From contig LCRX01000011.1 in assembly GCA_001004885.1 (NCBI GenBank), positions 2,000 to 65,999 of the forward strand: DNA of 64,000 nt, written 5' to 3'. The notes below the pieces were generated by a model. The model saw only the letters and a program-made list of their open reading frames with translations, was not told where the DNA came from and did no database searches. Both the position numbers and the translations under genes were made by a program. Positions 1-9,579 of this stretch are shown here, one piece after another. The stretch's first letter is position 1; each line of letters opens with the position of its first letter. The DNA is from Candidatus Magasanikbacteria bacterium GW2011_GWA2_56_11 (lineage in GTDB: Bacteria > Patescibacteriota > Patescibacteriia > Magasanikbacterales > UBA922).

Positions 1-45
1 AATGAGATGCGGCCGGTGCTGTTTGTGGAAGGGGACTTTTTCCAT
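1..45 (-). CDS. 5' end of an unidentified gene (MEKVPFHKQHRPHLI...), runs off the window edge; likely riboswitch-controlled
   Basis: ATG at 45 on the minus strand, 5 nt after the attenuator U-run; open to the window edge. Confidence 0.5.
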   Translation of the reverse strand, partial: MEKVPFHKQHRPHLI

Positions 46-50
46 AGAAT

Positions 51-76
51 AAAAAACTTTCCCTAGTCAAGGAAAG
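51..76 (-). terminator. Intrinsic terminator / attenuator of the riboswitch leader
   Basis: Minus strand CTTTCCTT-GACT-AGGGAAAG followed by TTTTTT; CTTTCCC at 120-126 (minus) could pair with the 3' arm as an antiterminator. Confidence 0.7.
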
Positions 77-127
77 CGAATGGAGAATAAGCCTAAGGCT
101 CCAGACCTGGTTCCTGCTCGGGAAAGA

Positions 128-261
128 GTATATAACGAAGACCGGACTCGTCCCGTCTGGCACCCGATGGTGCTCTCTGGGCATTACCGTTGCGGCACAG
201 TAGAGGAATTGCCGCCCGACGCGGACCGCGCGCGAGCTACCTCATTTCCAGCGATATATAC
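128..261 (-). promoter_or_regulatory. Cobalamin (AdoCbl-variant-like) riboswitch aptamer
   Basis: Minus strand GGAAATGAGG...AATTCCTCTACTGTGCCGCAACGGTAA...GAGTCCG follows the B12 riboswitch core order; closing helix GTATATATCG/CGTTATATAC; terminator downstream. Confidence 0.75.
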
Positions 262-270
262 GTAAATTGT

Positions 271-426
271 GAACTGACAGTGAGTTACTAACAATTCTGT
301 CCTAAGTTGAGCCGAAACATAGACTGATTTTTACGGCACCAATGTCTGAGCCTGTAAGAGCGAGTTTTGGTGCCGTAAAAATCAGTCTATGTTTGAGGCG
401 AAAAGGGGGAAACTCGCTATGAGTTC
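271..426. repeat. Long-hairpin intergenic repeat, family A, copy 1
   Basis: 28-bp perfect inverted repeat (315-342/367-394) around the 24-nt loop TGTCTGAGCCTGTAAGAGCGAGTT; near-identical copies at 5964, 18969, 25908 and a partial one at 31905. Confidence 0.95.
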
Positions 427-508
427 TGTCTGCGCCCACTATACCAACGGTTGAGCCGTCTTGTCAAATCCTTGATTTTTTAGCTTAGTTAATGTATTTT
501 GCTGTTGT

Positions 509-1495
509 ATGTGGACAAGTATTTTGGGACAAAAAAACCGGCCGTTTCTGGCTCTCTCGCCGATGGCTGACATGACCGATTCGCCTTTTTGCCAGATAGT
601 GAGAAAAATTGGCGGCGCCGACGTGGTTTTTCGGGAAATGGTGTCGAGCGAGGCCATTGTGCGCGAAAATGTCAAAACTTTGGGAATGACAGATTTTGCC
701 GCTGCCGAGCGGCCTATAGTACAGCAGATATTCGGCTCCGACCCCGCCACCATGGCCCGGGCCGCGGCGCTTATCATGGAACACGCCGCTCCGGAAGGAA
801 TTGACATCAACATGGGGTGTCCGGTTTATAAGATTACCAGCCATTTCAACGGCTGCGCTCTTATGAAGGAGCCGGACCGGGCGGCGGCGATAATTCGCGC
901 GGTAAAGCACGCTGTCGGCCCCACGCCGTTGTCGGTAAAGATACGTCTGGGCTGGAGCGATCCGGACGAATTTAAAAAATTTATTCCCGTGATTGAAGCG
1001 GCCGGCGCGGATTTAATTGCGGTCCACGGCCGGACTAAGGCACAAGGGTACGGCGGGGCCAGCGACTGGCGGCGCATCGGCGAGGCCAAGGCTGTGGCGC
1101 GCGTGCCGGTGCTCGCGAACGGCGATATTCACCGGCCCGAACAAGTGGCGGCCGCTTTGGAGGCGACTGGCGCCGACGGCGTTTTGATCGCGCGCGGCGC
1201 TCTCGGCAACCCGTGGTTTTTTTGGGCAGTGGCGCATCCGGGAGCCAGGATTTCGCTGGGGGAGCGCGCGTCTGTAGTGCTCGAACACTCCCGGCTGCAT
1301 ATGGCGCGCTATGGCGAGCGTGGCCTCGTAACCTTTCGCAAGCATCTGGCGTGGTACTTCAAGGCCAGCCGCGTCGGAGAGGATGTGCCCGGCTTAAAGC
1401 AAATCCGCGCCGAGCTGGTGCGGGTGAGCACTTACGACGGTCTGGCGGAAATTTTGCGTCCGTTTAGCGCCAGACCCCCTCAGCCGGATAGTTAG
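509..1495 (+). CDS. dusB: tRNA-dihydrouridine synthase (DusB-like)
   Basis: LSPMADMTD, IDINMGCP, VHGRT, ANGDI motifs. Confidence 0.9.
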   Translation: MWTSILGQKNRPFLALSPMADMTDSPFCQIVRKIGGADVVFREMVSSEAIVRENVKTLGMTDFAAAERPIVQQIFGSDPATMARAAALIMEHAAPEGIDINMGCPVYKITSHFNGCALMKEPDRAAAIIRAVKHAVGPTPLSVKIRLGWSDPDEFKKFIPVIEAAGADLIAVHGRTKAQGYGGASDWRRIGEAKAVARVPVLANGDIHRPEQVAAALEATGADGVLIARGALGNPWFFWAVAHPGARISLGERASVVLEHSRLHMARYGERGLVTFRKHLAWYFKASRVGEDVPGLKQIRAELVRVSTYDGLAEILRPFSARPPQPDS

Positions 1496-1637
1496 TGCGC
1501 TCTCCAAGGCCGTCTTCAGGTTCCTGGATATCGAGCTCGATCGGCTTGTTTTTCTCCGCCGGCGTGTCTGCCGACTGCCGTTTTTGGTACTCGCCGAGCG
1601 GTGTTTTTTCCCAAGCATCCGGTTTTTTGGTTTCCAT
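1464..1637 (-). CDS. Small acidic hypothetical protein, 57 aa (METKKPDAWEKTP...)
   Basis: Hand-translated ORF starting just after the glycosyltransferase stop; below the ORF-track length cut-off. Confidence 0.35.
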   Translation of the reverse strand: METKKPDAWEKTPLGEYQKRQSADTPAEKNKPIELDIQEPEDGLGERTNYPAEGVWR

Positions 1638-1639
1638 AG

Positions 1640-2356
1640 TTAGGAGGTGGCTGGCGGTCGCCGTGAAAATTTAAGTTTGTACATAACAGTAAAGAATTCC
1701 CAAATGTCTTTTTTGCTCAGCTTGGACCGCCCGCGGCGCCGGTCATTGAACACCACCGGCACTTCGATGATGCTGAAGCCGGCCTGCTCGGCCCGGTAGA
1801 GCAGCTCTTCCTGGAAAGCGTAGCCGTTGCTTTTGACGGTATCCAGGGCGATAGACTTGAGAGCCTGGCTCCGGAAACAGCGGAAACCGGCGGTAACGTC
1901 GCGCACCCGGAGTCCTAAGAGCAGACGGGAAAAGAACATGGCGCCGGCGCTGGAGAGCCGTCGCCACAGGCTCCAGCCGACGATTTTACCGCCCAGAATT
2001 TTGCGCGAGCCAATGGCTAAATCGTGGTCGGCCGCGGCCGAGAGGAGACGGGGCAAATCGGCCGGATCATGGGAAAAATCCGCGTCCATTTCAAAAATAT
2101 AATCGGCGCCGAGGGCCAGGGCTTTCTTAAAGCCCGCAATATAGGCCGAGCCGAGGCCGAGTTTGCGCAGCCGCTTGACCAGGTGCACCGGATAGTCGGC
2201 GCGCATGCCCTCTACCACTTCGGCCGTTTTGTCCGGCGAGTTGTCGTCGACCACGACTATCTCGAGCTCGGGGATGCGGAGCGCGAAGATTTGGGACACC
2301 AGGGTGGCGATGTTGTCGCGTTCGTTATAGGTAGGGATGACGATAATCGGCTTCAT
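1640..2356 (-). CDS. Polyprenol monophosphomannose synthase (GT2, Ppm1/DPM1-like)
   Basis: IPTYNE, VDDNSPD, EMDADFSH, DVTAGFRCF, GYAFQ motifs. Confidence 0.9.
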   Translation of the reverse strand: MKPIIVIPTYNERDNIATLVSQIFALRIPELEIVVVDDNSPDKTAEVVEGMRADYPVHLVKRLRKLGLGSAYIAGFKKALALGADYIFEMDADFSHDPADLPRLLSAAADHDLAIGSRKILGGKIVGWSLWRRLSSAGAMFFSRLLLGLRVRDVTAGFRCFRSQALKSIALDTVKSNGYAFQEELLYRAEQAGFSIIEVPVVFNDRRRGRSKLSKKDIWEFFTVMYKLKFSRRPPATS

Positions 2357-3207
2357 AGCGCCAGGCTTGACCGCCTTTCGGCCAGGATAACGGTATTGGC
2401 CAAAAGCCGGGCGACTGTAATCGGGCCGATGCCGCCCGGGGTCGGCGTTACATAGGCAGCTTTGAGGCGCACCTCGTTTACGTTGACGTCGCCAAACATT
2501 TTTTTCCCCACATAGTCAACCCCGGCGTCAATAACCACGGCGGACGGACTCACCATGTCGCCGCGGATCAGGTCTTTTTGGCCCACGCCGCTCACGATGA
2601 CGTCGGCGTGGAGGCATTTTTGCCGGATGTCCCGGCTGGCGCTGTTGACGGTGGTAACGCTGGCGCGCGCGTTCATCATCATGATCGCGAGCGGCCTGCC
2701 GACCAAGGCGCCGGTGCCGACGATGGTAACATTTTTCCCTGCTAGGCTAAGGCCCAGGTTTTCGAGTATAGACATAACCGCTCCCGGCGTGGGGGGAACA
2801 ATAATTTGGTCGTTCATGACCAGCTTGCCCAGATTGGCATGGGTGAGACAGTCCACGTCTACCTCCGGCAGAACCGCGTTCAATACTTCGGCCGTATAGA
2901 GCGGTTCTGGCAAGGGTAGCTGGACGACAAGGCCAGAGAGGGCCGGATCGGACTGAATTTCGTTTATGCGCTCGATGATCGCGGCGCGCCGGGTGTCTGC
3001 CGGCAGAGGGTGCAAAGCAAAATCTATCCCGATTTTTTTGGCCGCCAGGCCTTTGTGTTTGACATAAGCGGCCGATGGGGCTGATTCACCGACCAAAATA
3101 ACCGCCAGCTTGGGCACCAGGCCGCGGACTTTGAGAGCGGCTACTTTCTGCGCCGTCTCGGCGTGGATTTTTTCGGCGATTGCCCGGCCATTGATGAGGT
3201 TTGACAT
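2353..3207 (-). CDS. folD: Methylenetetrahydrofolate dehydrogenase/cyclohydrolase
   Basis: VQLPLP, DVD, VGRP, TPTPGGIGP motifs. Confidence 0.95.
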   Translation of the reverse strand: MSNLINGRAIAEKIHAETAQKVAALKVRGLVPKLAVILVGESAPSAAYVKHKGLAAKKIGIDFALHPLPADTRRAAIIERINEIQSDPALSGLVVQLPLPEPLYTAEVLNAVLPEVDVDCLTHANLGKLVMNDQIIVPPTPGAVMSILENLGLSLAGKNVTIVGTGALVGRPLAIMMMNARASVTTVNSASRDIRQKCLHADVIVSGVGQKDLIRGDMVSPSAVVIDAGVDYVGKKMFGDVNVNEVRLKAAYVTPTPGGIGPITVARLLANTVILAERRSSLAL

Positions 3208-3280
3208 GCCGCTATAATAGCAAGCCAGGGTCCAAAATTCAAGTACTTGCGGAGAGCGAAAAAAGTGTTAATATACCTGC

Positions 3281-3784
3281 ATGCGGACGCTTAACCGAAA
3301 AGCGGAGAAAAACCGCCCAGTCAAGCCTGACGCTATCCTGACCGAGAGCAAGTTTTTGGAACTTAAGCGCCAGCTCGAGAAACTCAAAAACGCGAGCCGG
3401 CCGCAGGCAGCGTCCGAAGTCCGGCGGCTGGCTGAAATGGGGGATTTTTCGGAAAATTATGCCTACCAGATCGCCAAGGGACGGCTGCGGGGCATAAACA
3501 ACACCATTCTCAGGCTGGAACACGAGCTCCAACAGGCGACTATTATCGCGCCGCCGGCACAGACTGATACGGTGCAAGTGGGCCACGCCGTTACTGTCGA
3601 ATGCGGCGGACAAATGAAAATTTATCGAATACTGGGGTCAGCGGAGATTGACCTCGAAAAGGGGATTATTTCGCGCCACTCTCCGCTTGGGTCCGCCCTT
3701 TTGGGGCATAGAGTCGGAGAAACAATCAAGCTTAAGCTCGGGGAGAGGGAAGTTGAATACCGGGTAAAGAAAATTGAATCCTAG
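3281..3784 (+). CDS. greA: Transcription elongation factor GreA
   Basis: GDFSENYAY and ISRHSPLGSALLG motifs. Confidence 0.9.
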   Translation: MRTLNRKAEKNRPVKPDAILTESKFLELKRQLEKLKNASRPQAASEVRRLAEMGDFSENYAYQIAKGRLRGINNTILRLEHELQQATIIAPPAQTDTVQVGHAVTVECGGQMKIYRILGSAEIDLEKGIISRHSPLGSALLGHRVGETIKLKLGEREVEYRVKKIES

Positions 3785-3829
3785 CCAGGTCTTATCGCAG
3801 GCGGGCAGAAATTTTCGAGCGGGTCGTTG

Positions 3830-4516
3830 TTAGTTGGAACTTGGCGTATAACTGTCCGAAACGACCGCCCCGTCTTTCATGGCTATTATCCGGCTGGTTT
3901 GTTCCGCGTATTCCTGTTCGTGGGTAACCATAATAATCGTTTGGCCGGAACGGTGCAGTTCGGCGAATGTCTCGATCACGTGCCGTGCGTTTTGGGAGTC
4001 CAGGTTGGCCGTCGGCTCGTCGGCAAACAAGATGCGCGGATTGTGGGCGATAGCCCGCGCGATGGAAACGCGCTGTTGCTGGCCGCCCGACAGCTGGCTT
4101 GGCCGGTTATTTTTTTTGCCCTCGAGTCCCACTCTGGCCAGCGATTGCAGCGCCTGCCGCCGGGCGCTGCCGAGCCCCATGCCCTGCATAAGCATAGGCA
4201 GGGCGACATTGTCTATGGTGGAGAGCTCGGGCAAAAGGGCGTAGTCCTGAAACACGTACCCGAAATCTCGCAGGCGGATTTGGGTTTTTTCCGCCTCGTT
4301 GAGCTCGGAAGTATTGTGGCCGTTTACGATCACTTCTCCGGCTGTCGGCCGATCCAAAAGAGAGAGCTGGTAAAGCAGCGTGGATTTGCCGGCCCCCGAC
4401 GGGCCGACTACGGCCACGAATTCTCTGTCTTTGATTTCTATATTCAGGCTTTTGAGGGCCACGACCTGGAGTTCGCCTTGGCCGTATTTTTTTTCCAGTC
4501 CTTTGGCCTGTATCAT
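3830..4516 (-). CDS. ABC transporter ATP-binding protein (LolD/MacB-like)
   Basis: Walker A GPSGAGKST, signature LSGGQQQR, FADEPT; start placed at MIQAKG. Confidence 0.9.
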   Translation of the reverse strand: MIQAKGLEKKYGQGELQVVALKSLNIEIKDREFVAVVGPSGAGKSTLLYQLSLLDRPTAGEVIVNGHNTSELNEAEKTQIRLRDFGYVFQDYALLPELSTIDNVALPMLMQGMGLGSARRQALQSLARVGLEGKKNNRPSQLSGGQQQRVSIARAIAHNPRILFADEPTANLDSQNARHVIETFAELHRSGQTIIMVTHEQEYAEQTSRIIAMKDGAVVSDSYTPSSN

Positions 4517-4607
4517 ACTTTGATCAATTAACTCTCCACCGCCGGCCTTGATGTTTGGCACGCCGCTATGTCCGCCTCGGCGTAATTAAAAGGTGTCTGC
4601 CCGGCAG

Positions 4608-5903
4608 CTAGCGCCCGAGGATCGCGTCCAAGGTATTGCGGCGGACAATCAGCTTGGCCGGAATGTAGCCGGCAAACAATGTAACCACCACCAGGATAAT
4701 CACACGGACCGCGGCCCCGTCGGGCGTGGCTACCAAAATGCCGTCGGAAAAGGGGAAATTTATCGGATGGGCGTTGAAATAAGGTTTTAAGACGCCAAAT
4801 GTCAGGATTAGTCCCAGAAATGATCCGGACAAACCGTAAAACAGCGCCTGCAGCACATAAGAAAACTGGATGGCTTGCGGGCTGATGCCGATACCTTTCA
4901 TGATGCCGATAAATTTCCGTTTGGTAACGGCGTTGATGAAGATGACTATGAAAATGGTAATAGAGGCCACGACAAGCGCGATGGAGGAGAGGGCGTTGCC
5001 CAGAATGCCCATGGTAGTTTCAATATCGCGCAAAAAGGACGGTATGGCCTGGTCGGTGGTCTGGATCAGCGCGGCGTGCGAGCCCATAAATTCTTTGAGC
5101 TCGGAAACTAGGGCCGGCGCCCGGGCGTAGTCGCTTCTCACGGCTATCTCCTGGAATTGCTCCTGGTTGATCGGAAGCATCCGTTTGAGCTCCTTGTCGG
5201 TGATAAAAATCCGGGCCGACACCTCGTCTATTTTGCTTTTCAGAACGCCCTTGACCGTAAAATCTTTTCGGACCACGGCCCCGTCCGTGAGCGTGATCGT
5301 CAGCCGCACCCGGCTGCCGACGTCGACGTCTTTCAACAAATCCAGTCCTGGTATGTTGGCGTCGGCGAAAGACGAGTACTTCTTGAGCAGGTTGGCGCCG
5401 ATGAGAATGTAGCCTTCCTGGTCGGGGCGCAGGTTTTCGCCGTAGGCCACGAAACGGGAGAAGCGGGTCAGCGCTTCTTCGCGTCCCGGGTCTATGCCTA
5501 CCAGCCGGGCGCCGATGCGGTTGGGGCGCTCGTTTTTTTCCGGCAGGTCGCTGAGAGTCCCCAAAATTTGCGCGCTGGTGGAGTGCCGGGGAGAGACGGT
5601 AGATACCCCGGGATGGTTTTCCAGGTATGAGATCAGGGGCGCCGAGTTTTCGACGTAGCTGCGTCCGGGGGCCGGGGTGATGATGACTTCTCCGGAATAG
5701 CCTTCGCGGAATTGCTGGAAAGACCCGGCGATGAGGCCCACCAGAAGCCCGGAAACCACGACCAGGTTGAGAAAGGTGAGGACCATGATGAAAATAATGA
5801 GGCTGGTGGTGCCTTTGCCGGCGTGCCTGATTTGCCGATAGGCCAAAAACCAGCCGACCCGCAGGGCATTTTTGTACTCTTTGATTTTTTCACTGGCGGA
5901 CAT
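4608..5903 (-). CDS. ABC transporter permease (FtsX/LolC-like)
   Basis: One N-terminal TM, large extracytoplasmic domain, three C-terminal TMs, IGIMKGIG motif; start placed at MSASEK. Confidence 0.85.
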   Translation of the reverse strand: MSASEKIKEYKNALRVGWFLAYRQIRHAGKGTTSLIIFIMVLTFLNLVVVSGLLVGLIAGSFQQFREGYSGEVIITPAPGRSYVENSAPLISYLENHPGVSTVSPRHSTSAQILGTLSDLPEKNERPNRIGARLVGIDPGREEALTRFSRFVAYGENLRPDQEGYILIGANLLKKYSSFADANIPGLDLLKDVDVGSRVRLTITLTDGAVVRKDFTVKGVLKSKIDEVSARIFITDKELKRMLPINQEQFQEIAVRSDYARAPALVSELKEFMGSHAALIQTTDQAIPSFLRDIETTMGILGNALSSIALVVASITIFIVIFINAVTKRKFIGIMKGIGISPQAIQFSYVLQALFYGLSGSFLGLILTFGVLKPYFNAHPINFPFSDGILVATPDGAAVRVIILVVVTLFAGYIPAKLIVRRNTLDAILGR

Positions 5904-5963
5904 GGTATGTTTTGTCAGGATAAGCTTAGCGCGCCGTGCCAATCGTATTCGGTCATTAACTAT

Positions 5964-6120
5964 GAACTGATAGTGAGTTATTAGCAATTCTCTTCTCTAA
6001 GTTGAGCCGAAACATAGACTGATTTTCGCGGCACCAATGTCTGAGCCTGTAAGAGCGAGTTTTGGGGCCGCGAAAATCAGTCTATGTTGAGGCGAAAGGG
6101 GGGAGACTCGCTGTGGGTTC
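5964..6120. repeat. Long-hairpin intergenic repeat, family A, copy 2
   Basis: Same loop and arms as copy 1, with the CGCGG/CCGCG stem variant. Confidence 0.95.
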
Positions 6121-6141
6121 TTTGGCTTACATGTTACTGGT

Positions 6142-6774
6142 TTAGACGCGACTGGTCAACCAGTCTTTGCCGCCTGCCACGTAGCCGGCGATGCCCGCAA
6201 TTGTACACGCCGGGATTTGGTGCCGGCGGGCGAAGTCCTTGAGTGCCGCCCCCCGTAACATGACTCCGTCAGAGCCCATTATTTCGCAAATTACTGCCGC
6301 TTCGGGCAGTCCGGCGAGTCTGGTTAGGGCAACTCCGGCCTCGGTATGGCCGAGCCGGTCGGCGAGTCCGCCCGGACGGGTGCGCAAAGGAAAGACGTGC
6401 CCGGGCCGGGTAAAATCTTCTGGCCGGGAGACGGGATCGATGAGCGCCTGGATCGTTCGCGTCCGGTCAAAGGCGGAGATACCGGTGGTCGTGGCGCGAT
6501 GGTCCACCGACAGCATCCAGGCGGTGCCGAACGGATCGTCCGGCGCTGCGGTCATCGGAGGAATTTCCAGGGCGTCGAGATAACGGCCTTCCAGGGCGAC
6601 GCAAACCAGGCCGCCGCCGGAATGCGCCAGGAAACTTACCGCCGCCGGCGTAACGCGGGATGCGGCGACCACCAGATCGGCTTCGGATTCGCGTTTGGGA
6701 TCATCGTCAAAAACTATTACCATCCGGCCGGAGGCTATCGCCGAGATGATGTCGGGAATGGGAGTATAGCTCAT
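6142..6774 (-). CDS. ribB: 3,4-dihydroxy-2-butanone 4-phosphate synthase
   Basis: DDDPKRESEADL, TTGISAFDR, PGHVFPL, GHTEA, VICEIM; start placed at MSYTP. Confidence 0.92.
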   Translation of the reverse strand: MSYTPIPDIISAIASGRMVIVFDDDPKRESEADLVVAASRVTPAAVSFLAHSGGGLVCVALEGRYLDALEIPPMTAAPDDPFGTAWMLSVDHRATTTGISAFDRTRTIQALIDPVSRPEDFTRPGHVFPLRTRPGGLADRLGHTEAGVALTRLAGLPEAAVICEIMGSDGVMLRGAALKDFARRHQIPACTIAGIAGYVAGGKDWLTSRV

Positions 6775-7085
6775 TTGTTTGAAATACAACTGGGTGCGGC
6801 CGGAGGCGGCGCGCTTGTGTATTTTGGCTTAGTTGGCATAATTTAGGTTATCGCTAATCTTGATTTAAATCAAGTTGAAACTTGGATTCGATAAACTAAG
6901 CGTTTGGCTTGCTTCGTCCTTGTTGGTTCGGGACTAATGAGGTATCTTGGATCATCCGCCGCCTGCTTTTTTGAGTTGAATCTTACCGTCTTGGATATAA
7001 AAATAATGGCTAATTTTAGCCATTATTTTCGAGCTCGCATACAGGGACAGCTTCCGAATGTTTATTCAATATAATCTACTGTAAT

Positions 7086-7871
7086 CTATATAGGTTTTTT
7101 AACAATTTTTTCTGCTTGTTGGATAGCGCTCACAACCAATTCAGATGTTGTCCCTCCAAGATGGTAATCGGCATTCTTTAACACATCGTTAGTCATAACT
7201 AATAAATACATCAATGATAATCGATAAGTCTGCGCTTCGTTTTGTTTAGTCATACTTATAGCCAATAATTTACCATGTGACTCTTCCGCTAATCCTTTAT
7301 AATGAAAATACCATTGTTCTCCTCCGTTAATCTTAGAATTTTTACAAAGAGACCACATCGTTGGAAAAGGGTCTAATTCTTTTTCTTTAATAGTATTTAT
7401 GTCTGGAAATTTACCTTGAGAAAATTTATCATAATATTTTTTAAATTCCAAAGTAGCTAATTTTTCATTATTAGCTTTTTCATTATCGTAGTGTCGTTTA
7501 CATATTCTTAAGCATTCTTTTGTGGCTATTTCTTCCTGCACATCATTTTTTTGCCGAGTAAAGTACTCTAATCTGAACGTATTCTCCATGACTGTTCTTG
7601 CTGGGTAAAATGCAAATCTACGATTTTTTCCTTTTCCCAAAGAAACCGCAAAATCAACATTTTCCCAAATACTCTTTATCGTTTCATATAGATACATGTG
7701 TTTTAAAGTATCAGGGTTCTCTTTTTTGATATATTGATCAATTAGTTTAAGTTGTTCATATGCAACAGCTCTTGTAATTTTGAACGCTTTTTCAACCCGT
7801 GTCTTCCGTTGCTGTTCTGTAAGTTTACTTATCCAAAAATCTGAAAATTCATTTTGAGATAGTTGTATCAT
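7086..7871 (-). CDS. DUF5677-like / HEPN-related hypothetical protein in AT-rich islet
   Basis: AT-rich ORF with ARTVMEN and YKGLAEESHG patterns recalled from this family. Confidence 0.5.
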   Translation of the reverse strand: MIQLSQNEFSDFWISKLTEQQRKTRVEKAFKITRAVAYEQLKLIDQYIKKENPDTLKHMYLYETIKSIWENVDFAVSLGKGKNRRFAFYPARTVMENTFRLEYFTRQKNDVQEEIATKECLRICKRHYDNEKANNEKLATLEFKKYYDKFSQGKFPDINTIKEKELDPFPTMWSLCKNSKINGGEQWYFHYKGLAEESHGKLLAISMTKQNEAQTYRLSLMYLLVMTNDVLKNADYHLGGTTSELVVSAIQQAEKIVKKPI

Positions 7872-7882
7872 ATTTTAATGAT

Positions 7883-9212
7883 CTATATTGTTAACTTTGC
7901 TACCAAAAGTGTTACTATGTTATTCATCGATTCTATAACTAACCCTATTGTCTTTTCGTCTCTTAACACAAAACCTTTGTGTGCGTAGTTACACCGTTTT
8001 TCATACAAACGATTGAACCAAGGAAGTAAATCTGGTTTAATAGCATTAATACCTCCTATTATATATTTTTTATTATCCGATCTGATATCCTTATCTGGAA
8101 CGAATAAATGTTCTAAACAACAATATAATAATAAAATTTTAGCACCTAAATCTGGTATTTGTGAGGCCGAACTTAAAATATCTATAGTAGGTGCAACATC
8201 GTTCATGTTGTTATGTTTCCAAGGGTTTTTTAAACTTTCAAATATTTTTTTATTATCAAGCATAAATTTTTCTATTCCGCCAAACGTCCTATTATCAAGC
8301 CACATTTTAGAAAGTCCTCGATACCCAAAAGAAAGAAAAAGACATCCATCAGGTATTTTAACCCACGATTCTTTCGAGTCTTCTTCCCAACAGTAGCAAC
8401 CCTGTGAATTTTCACCCAAAAACACAGAGCTTGTTGGTGCCGTAAGCGGTACTTCATTTTGTCCAAAATCCATTTGACAATGATATACAAAGCTGGCAAT
8501 TCTCAGCATGTTCAAGAATATTCTCATGTGTGATGCAGAATACCAATAGCAATATGTTTCTGATCCAAAACTACTAAAACCAAAGGATGGGGAACAAAAA
8601 AATCTTTTTGCATCACTTTGTTCATATTTTTTAAGCCCAGGTTGCAGTTGTTTGTATTTTTTCAATAGTTCGTCGTTATCAAAAAACGGTACAAGTGGTA
8701 TATCCATTTTTTTAAATAATCCATCAAAAAATTCCTGTGGACCAACATCAGTAGAAGGATTAATAACAGGAGTGCTAAAATGACTAATTTCTGTTATTAA
8801 TACTCTCTGCTTAATAGTTTGTTCTGCTAAATCAAAATATTTATTTATCACAGATTCAATCACATCTGTTTTTGACGCCCATCTAAAAATAAAAGAAATC
8901 TCGTGAGCACTAGAATGTCCTCCGACACGCTGATAATATTCATCTTCTGAATTGACAGCAAAAAACAACTTACATTTAAATAAGCCCCGTACGACATCCA
9001 TTGGTAATATTTTTAACTTCTTTTCTTCAAAAAAGTTCACATTCTTTAAAAAGCACACTTATAAGATGTCTTGGCTGATAGTATTTTTCTTGTCTATACT
9101 GATCTTTTAAGGGCATCTGCATAGCCAAAGCCACCTCTTTGTCAGCTTCACTTTCTAATTTGGAATATACTTGATCACCAATTATTTCTTTTATTTTATT
9201 TAAAAAATTCAT
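7883..9212 (-). pseudogene. HEPN-domain (ApeA-like) protein split by a single frameshift at a T6 run near 9030
   Basis: ORFs 9027-9212 and 7883-9058 join as ...CELFEEKK if one T is skipped; C-terminal LEHLF...RCNYAH (RxxxxH) motif. Confidence 0.6.
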
Positions 9213-9217
9213 AGTTT

Positions 9218-9379
9218 TTATTTATCCATTTTCTCCCTATAATCAATTTTAGATAAAACATCAAAAGCCTCAACCAAATCATCAGCACACTTCTGCGCAT
9301 CCTCAAAACTTAATTTAACGCCGGTTTTCTTTTCATATATATCCTGAAATTCTAGGACGAGTTCGTCGGAAGGAGGCAT
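9218..9379 (-). CDS. Small helical protein, 53 aa (MPPSDELVLEFQDIYEKKTGVKLSFEDAQKCADDLV...)
   Basis: Hand-translated; EF..IY....G..LS.E.A pattern resembles small ORFs recalled from CPR integrative elements. Confidence 0.6.
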   Translation of the reverse strand: MPPSDELVLEFQDIYEKKTGVKLSFEDAQKCADDLVEAFDVLSKIDYREKMDK

Positions 9380-9542
9380 ATTATTGAAGTTAATGACTAA
9401 TCCCAGTTTACTCTAAAGCCAGATCTAGTTCAATAAGTTCGAATCCTACTGAGAGTGGTGGTTAGTGCATTGCATTTTTAGCCAAAAATTTATAGTGTAA
9501 AAACCACTTCCGAACCGATTGTTTCTTCTCTCAACTAAAAAG

Positions 9543-9570
9543 AAAAACAGACTATTTTTAGTCTGTTTTC
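9543..9570 (-). terminator. Terminator after tRNA-Gln
   Basis: AAAACAGACTA-TTTT-TAGTCTGTTTT hairpin with A/T runs. Confidence 0.7.
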
Positions 9571-9579
9571 TAAATCGAG

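Noticed and set aside
6905-6945. Hammerhead-like string on the minus strand (CUCAUUA-GUCC...GGAC-GAAGC)
   Set aside because: Three core positions differ from CUGAUGA/GAAA and I could not build stems I and III; it resembles the short GTCC...GGACT palindrome also seen near 9720-9757
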